DNA from: Felis catus
Taxonomy: Eukaryota
Length of the DNA: 64,000 nt
Direction of reading: 5' to 3'
Assembly: GCF_018350175.1 (NCBI RefSeq)
Contig: NC_058382.1
Coordinates: forward strand, 17,794,001 to 17,858,000
A program made the position numbers and the translations under genes. Under the pieces are notes generated by a model that saw nothing but the letters and a program-made list of their open reading frames with translations, ran no database searches and was not told the origin of the DNA. Positions 60,720 to 64,000 of the stretch are shown piece after piece; within the stretch, counting starts at the first letter, position 1; each line of letters begins with the position of its first letter.

Positions 60720-61365
60720 GACCTACCCCATGATCCAGTAATCGCACTACTGGGTATTTACCTCTAAAATACAAAAACACTAATTCAGAGNNNNNNNNNN
60801 NNNNNNNNNNNNNNNNNNNNNNNNNNNNNNNNNNNNNNNNNNNNNNNNNNNNNNNNNNNNNNNNNNNNNNNNNNNNNNNNNNNNNNNNNNNNNNNNNNNN
60901 NNNNNNNNNNNNNNNNNNNNNNNNNNNNNNNNNNNNNNNNNNNNNNNNNNNNNNNNNNNNNNNNNNNNNNNNNNNNNNNNNNNNNNNNNNNNNNNNNNNN
61001 NNNNNNNNNNNNNNNNNNNNNNTGTATATGCATATGCTAAGTGAAATAAGTCAGTCAGAGAAAGACAAATCCCATATGATTTCACTCGTATGTGGAATTT
61101 AAGAAACAAAATGAATGAGCAAAGGACAAAAAAAGAGAGACAAACCAAGAAACAGACTCTTAGCTACAGAGAACAAAATGATGGTTACTAGAGGGGAAGT
61201 GGGTGGGGGATGGGTGACATAGGTGATGGGGATTAAGAGTGTGCTTACCATGATGAGCACTGAGTAATGTATAGAATTGTTGACTCACTGTTTTGTACAC
61301 CTGAAACTACTATAACACTGTATGTTAACTACGCTGGAATTAAAACAAGAAAAAAATAATTAAAA
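60720..61365 (+). mobile_element. 5'-truncated carnivore L1 3' end, partly N
   Basis: ctacccatgatccagtaatcgcactactgggtatttac...atgctaagtgaaataagtcagtcagagaaagacaaa...taaaacaagaaaaaaataa, TSD-like atatca(g/a)ttttg. Confidence 0.85.
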
Positions 61366-62200
61366 ATATATCAATTTTGGGGGGATACAATTCAGTCCTT
61401 AGCAGTGTTCAAATTCACTAGTCATCAGAGGAATGTAAATTAAAGCAATAAGGAGCTATCACTTCTCACTCATCAAATTGGCAGAATTTCATAGGACTGA
61501 TGATATCATGTGATGACAAGAAGAAAAAGAATGTTTTTTTCAAACACTGGGATTAGGTGTGTGATTTGATGAAGCCTTTGCAGAAATCATCATGGTATTA
61601 GCCATCAAAGTGTACAAAGCCCTTTATGCTTCAACCCTGCAATCCCACTTCTTGGACTCTGTTCTAGAGAAAAACCTGCTCATGTGAACAGAGAAGCATG
61701 CTCAGGGATGTTCTTTGCACTATGGTTTGTGGCAGCCAAAAGGTAGGAATAATCTAAATATCCATCAACAGGAAGTCCCGTTAGTAAATTTGACATTCCC
61801 TGACATGGTCTACCAGGCAGTTATTTTAAAAAGGGAGAGCAGGTTAGGGTGGGAGTTATCTTTTGTAGGAAGTGACTGGAAGAGGGCACCAGAGTCTTCT
61901 GGTCTATGCCTTGTTTAAGGAGCAGGTTACATAAGTGTGCATTTTGTGAAAGTGTGTGGAAGTTCATTGGTATGCACATATGATTTGTACACTCTTATGC
62001 ACTTGAATAAAAATATTTTTAAAATTAAAAACGCAGTGTACTCTTGATTTAAATGAGACTCAGATTCTCAAACTCTTCATTTGAATAAGAAATATAGCTC
62101 TATCATGGGTTATTGGGGAATTATTATTTTTCTTTTTTTAATCCACATACCCATGGGTTTCATGCTAGTAATGTCCTTCTGGCTTAACGAAGAAAATTCA

Positions 62201-62392
62201 GGGGCACTCAAGTGGCTCAGTTGGTTGGGTGTCTGACTCTTGATTTCAGCTCAGGTCATGATCCCAGGGTTATGAGATTGCTAAGCATGGAGCCTGCTTA
62301 AGATTCTATCTCTCTCCTTCTGCCCCTCTCCCCTGCTTGTGTGCATGCTCTCTCTCTCTAAAATAAAAAAACCAAAAAAACAAAAAACAGCA
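62201..62392 (+). mobile_element. Can-SINE
   Basis: TSD aagaaaattca. Confidence 0.88.
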
Positions 62393-63251
62393 AAGAAAAT
62401 TCAAAAGTACATGTTTCTTCCAGAAAATAAGGACATCAGTTTAAGTATTATTACAAGGGTGATACAATAAATGGGTCATCAGAATTGAAGACTGTAAGAG
62501 GTTAAGAATCACAATCATAGGACATGGTAATAATGTCACAGTGTGAGTGTCCTAAAGTTTGTTAAGTTTTCAGTGGTCAGAAATAAAATTTGCAAAACTA
62601 GTTCTTGGTATACAGCAGAATCTGCTCTCCTGCAGCTGTTTATTCTATGGATACTCTCCCTCTTACCCTGCTCAGGATATCCTTATCCTCCCAGGAGGAA
62701 GAAGGGCCTACAGGTTCATGCCAGGTGCTGGAATCCGTGAGCTACCATTGAGAGAGAAAAGGCAGGTCTGAGAACATAGGAATGTTCAATACAGGGCATT
62801 GAGTGTTGAAGATCTTCAGTACTAATTGAGTGTTGAAGATCATCAAGACCTAGTGGTAAACAGAAAAACAGTGTAATGGCAATGTGTGTGGACACAAATG
62901 CACATGGAAATGCATAGAAAGGCAACTAGAAAGAGTTACAACAAAATATTGACAGCAATTACCTTTGAGAGAGGAAAATGATACCACATCCAGCCATGAA
63001 GTGAGCTCTTCCATACTCTTTGTATTACTTGTGGGTGTATTTTTGTGAATGTTGTGTAAATTAAAAAATCCCAAGTAAATAAATGATCCAAGGTTTAATG
63101 ATCCAAGGGAGAAAGAGAATTGAAAAATTACCTGGCTTACTTGACCATGGGGAAATTCTGTTGAAAGCCGTGATAGAATTCTCCTGGAGAGTTTGGGAAT
63201 GATTAGTGAAGGGGCACATAGATAACCGAGGAAGTAGAACAAACAAAGTGA

Positions 63252-63348
63252 AGATGAGGAGGATCAGGAGGAGGAGGGGCAGGAGGGGCAGGATGTGGAA
63301 GAGAAGAAGGTGGAGGAAGAGGAGGCAGAAGAAGAAGAAAAGGAAGAA
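63252..63348. repeat. Purine-rich simple repeat (GAGGA/GAA-type)
   Basis: gaggaggatcaggaggaggaggggcaggagggg...gaagaagaagaaaaggaagaaaa, direct reading. Confidence 0.85.
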
Positions 63349-64000
63349 AAATCTGAAGGATTACAGACAGATGGATTGGTTGGCTCCTGAGTTCAAATAT
63401 GAGTTCAGCAAGAGTACGTAATCACCATAGTAGTCCAGTAATGGAGTCTACTTATACAGGCATAATGAAATGGAAAGTCTGTAAATTGAGTTAAAAATTG
63501 TCATCTCATTCTGTGGGAGATAGTGGTGAGAGAGAAGAGTGAATAAAATTGTTAAATCTGCATGTGTCATTATAGTAATTCAAATGATGATGTTTCAAGA
63601 TGCAAGACTACAAATTTTGTTTGTTTTATATTTACATGAATGATAAATACCAGATAAATGCCTGAGAGTGGAATACAGGTTAGAGGGAGTCAGAGAGCTG
63701 GAATGGAGAAGACTGGCTGGATTTCCAAGTCTTGTAGCACAGTGTGACTTTTTTGAACCTGGCTGTTCATGCCGACATGGGCCATTCTGATTCCACATGG
63801 CTTTGCAGCCGAATGTGACAGACCCAGCATTCTGGGCTTCTCTGGGGAGGGACAGGGATGGCTGACCTTCTAGGCCCACTAACATAGCAGACAACCAGGA
63901 ATAATCCCCTCTCCAGACATACCCTTAACATGGAGCATTGTCCCATAAGCACATGTAATTCACATAGATACCCAGGATCTTGTAGGAAACAGACACAGCA

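Noticed and set aside
62798-62841. 17-bp direct repeat attgagtgttgaagatc (period 27)
   Set aside because: Only two copies, consistent with an ordinary micro-duplication. Not CRISPR-like and no functional context.
63206-63421. Highly basic Arg/Lys ORF resembling a protamine-like peptide
   Set aside because: Simply the translation of a purine-rich simple repeat.

Overview
Felid (cat-family) genomic DNA, identified by its many SINEC_Fc/Can-SINE copies and carnivore L1. The gene order matches my recollection of human 19q13.12. Four known genes lie on the minus strand and were reconstructed exon by exon from GT-AG junctions and phase continuity: COX6B1 (86 aa), ETV2 (333 aa), RBM42 (exon 5 hidden in an N gap) and HAUS5 (19 exons, 633 aa). 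Beyond HAUS5, in a repeat-rich interval, is a small three-exon gene (48751-50312, minus) that the ORF track does not assemble. It encodes a ~90-aa CD225/dispanin-family membrane protein with a PPRDH motif, two hydrophobic segments, the family-typical phase-0 intron, a 12-nt first coding exon and a triple-CCAAT promoter. It sits in the PMIS2 syntenic interval but looks more like SYNDIG1/TMEM91 than like human PMIS2 as I recall it, so it is the top candidate for an under-described gene. Other notable items are a 64-bp tandem duplication copying the HAUS5 exon 5 splice donor, an in-frame alternative ETV2 donor, the ETV2 stop codon overlapping its polyA signal, serial retroposon insertions at one L1-endonuclease site, a degenerate ~60-bp array downstream of ETV2, and a duplication plus inverted-duplication scar. 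The last 13 kb is mostly L1 and LTR debris with several N gaps. No CRISPR, rRNA or genuine tRNA genes were seen. Comparisons to human and mouse sequences are from memory; no database searches were run.
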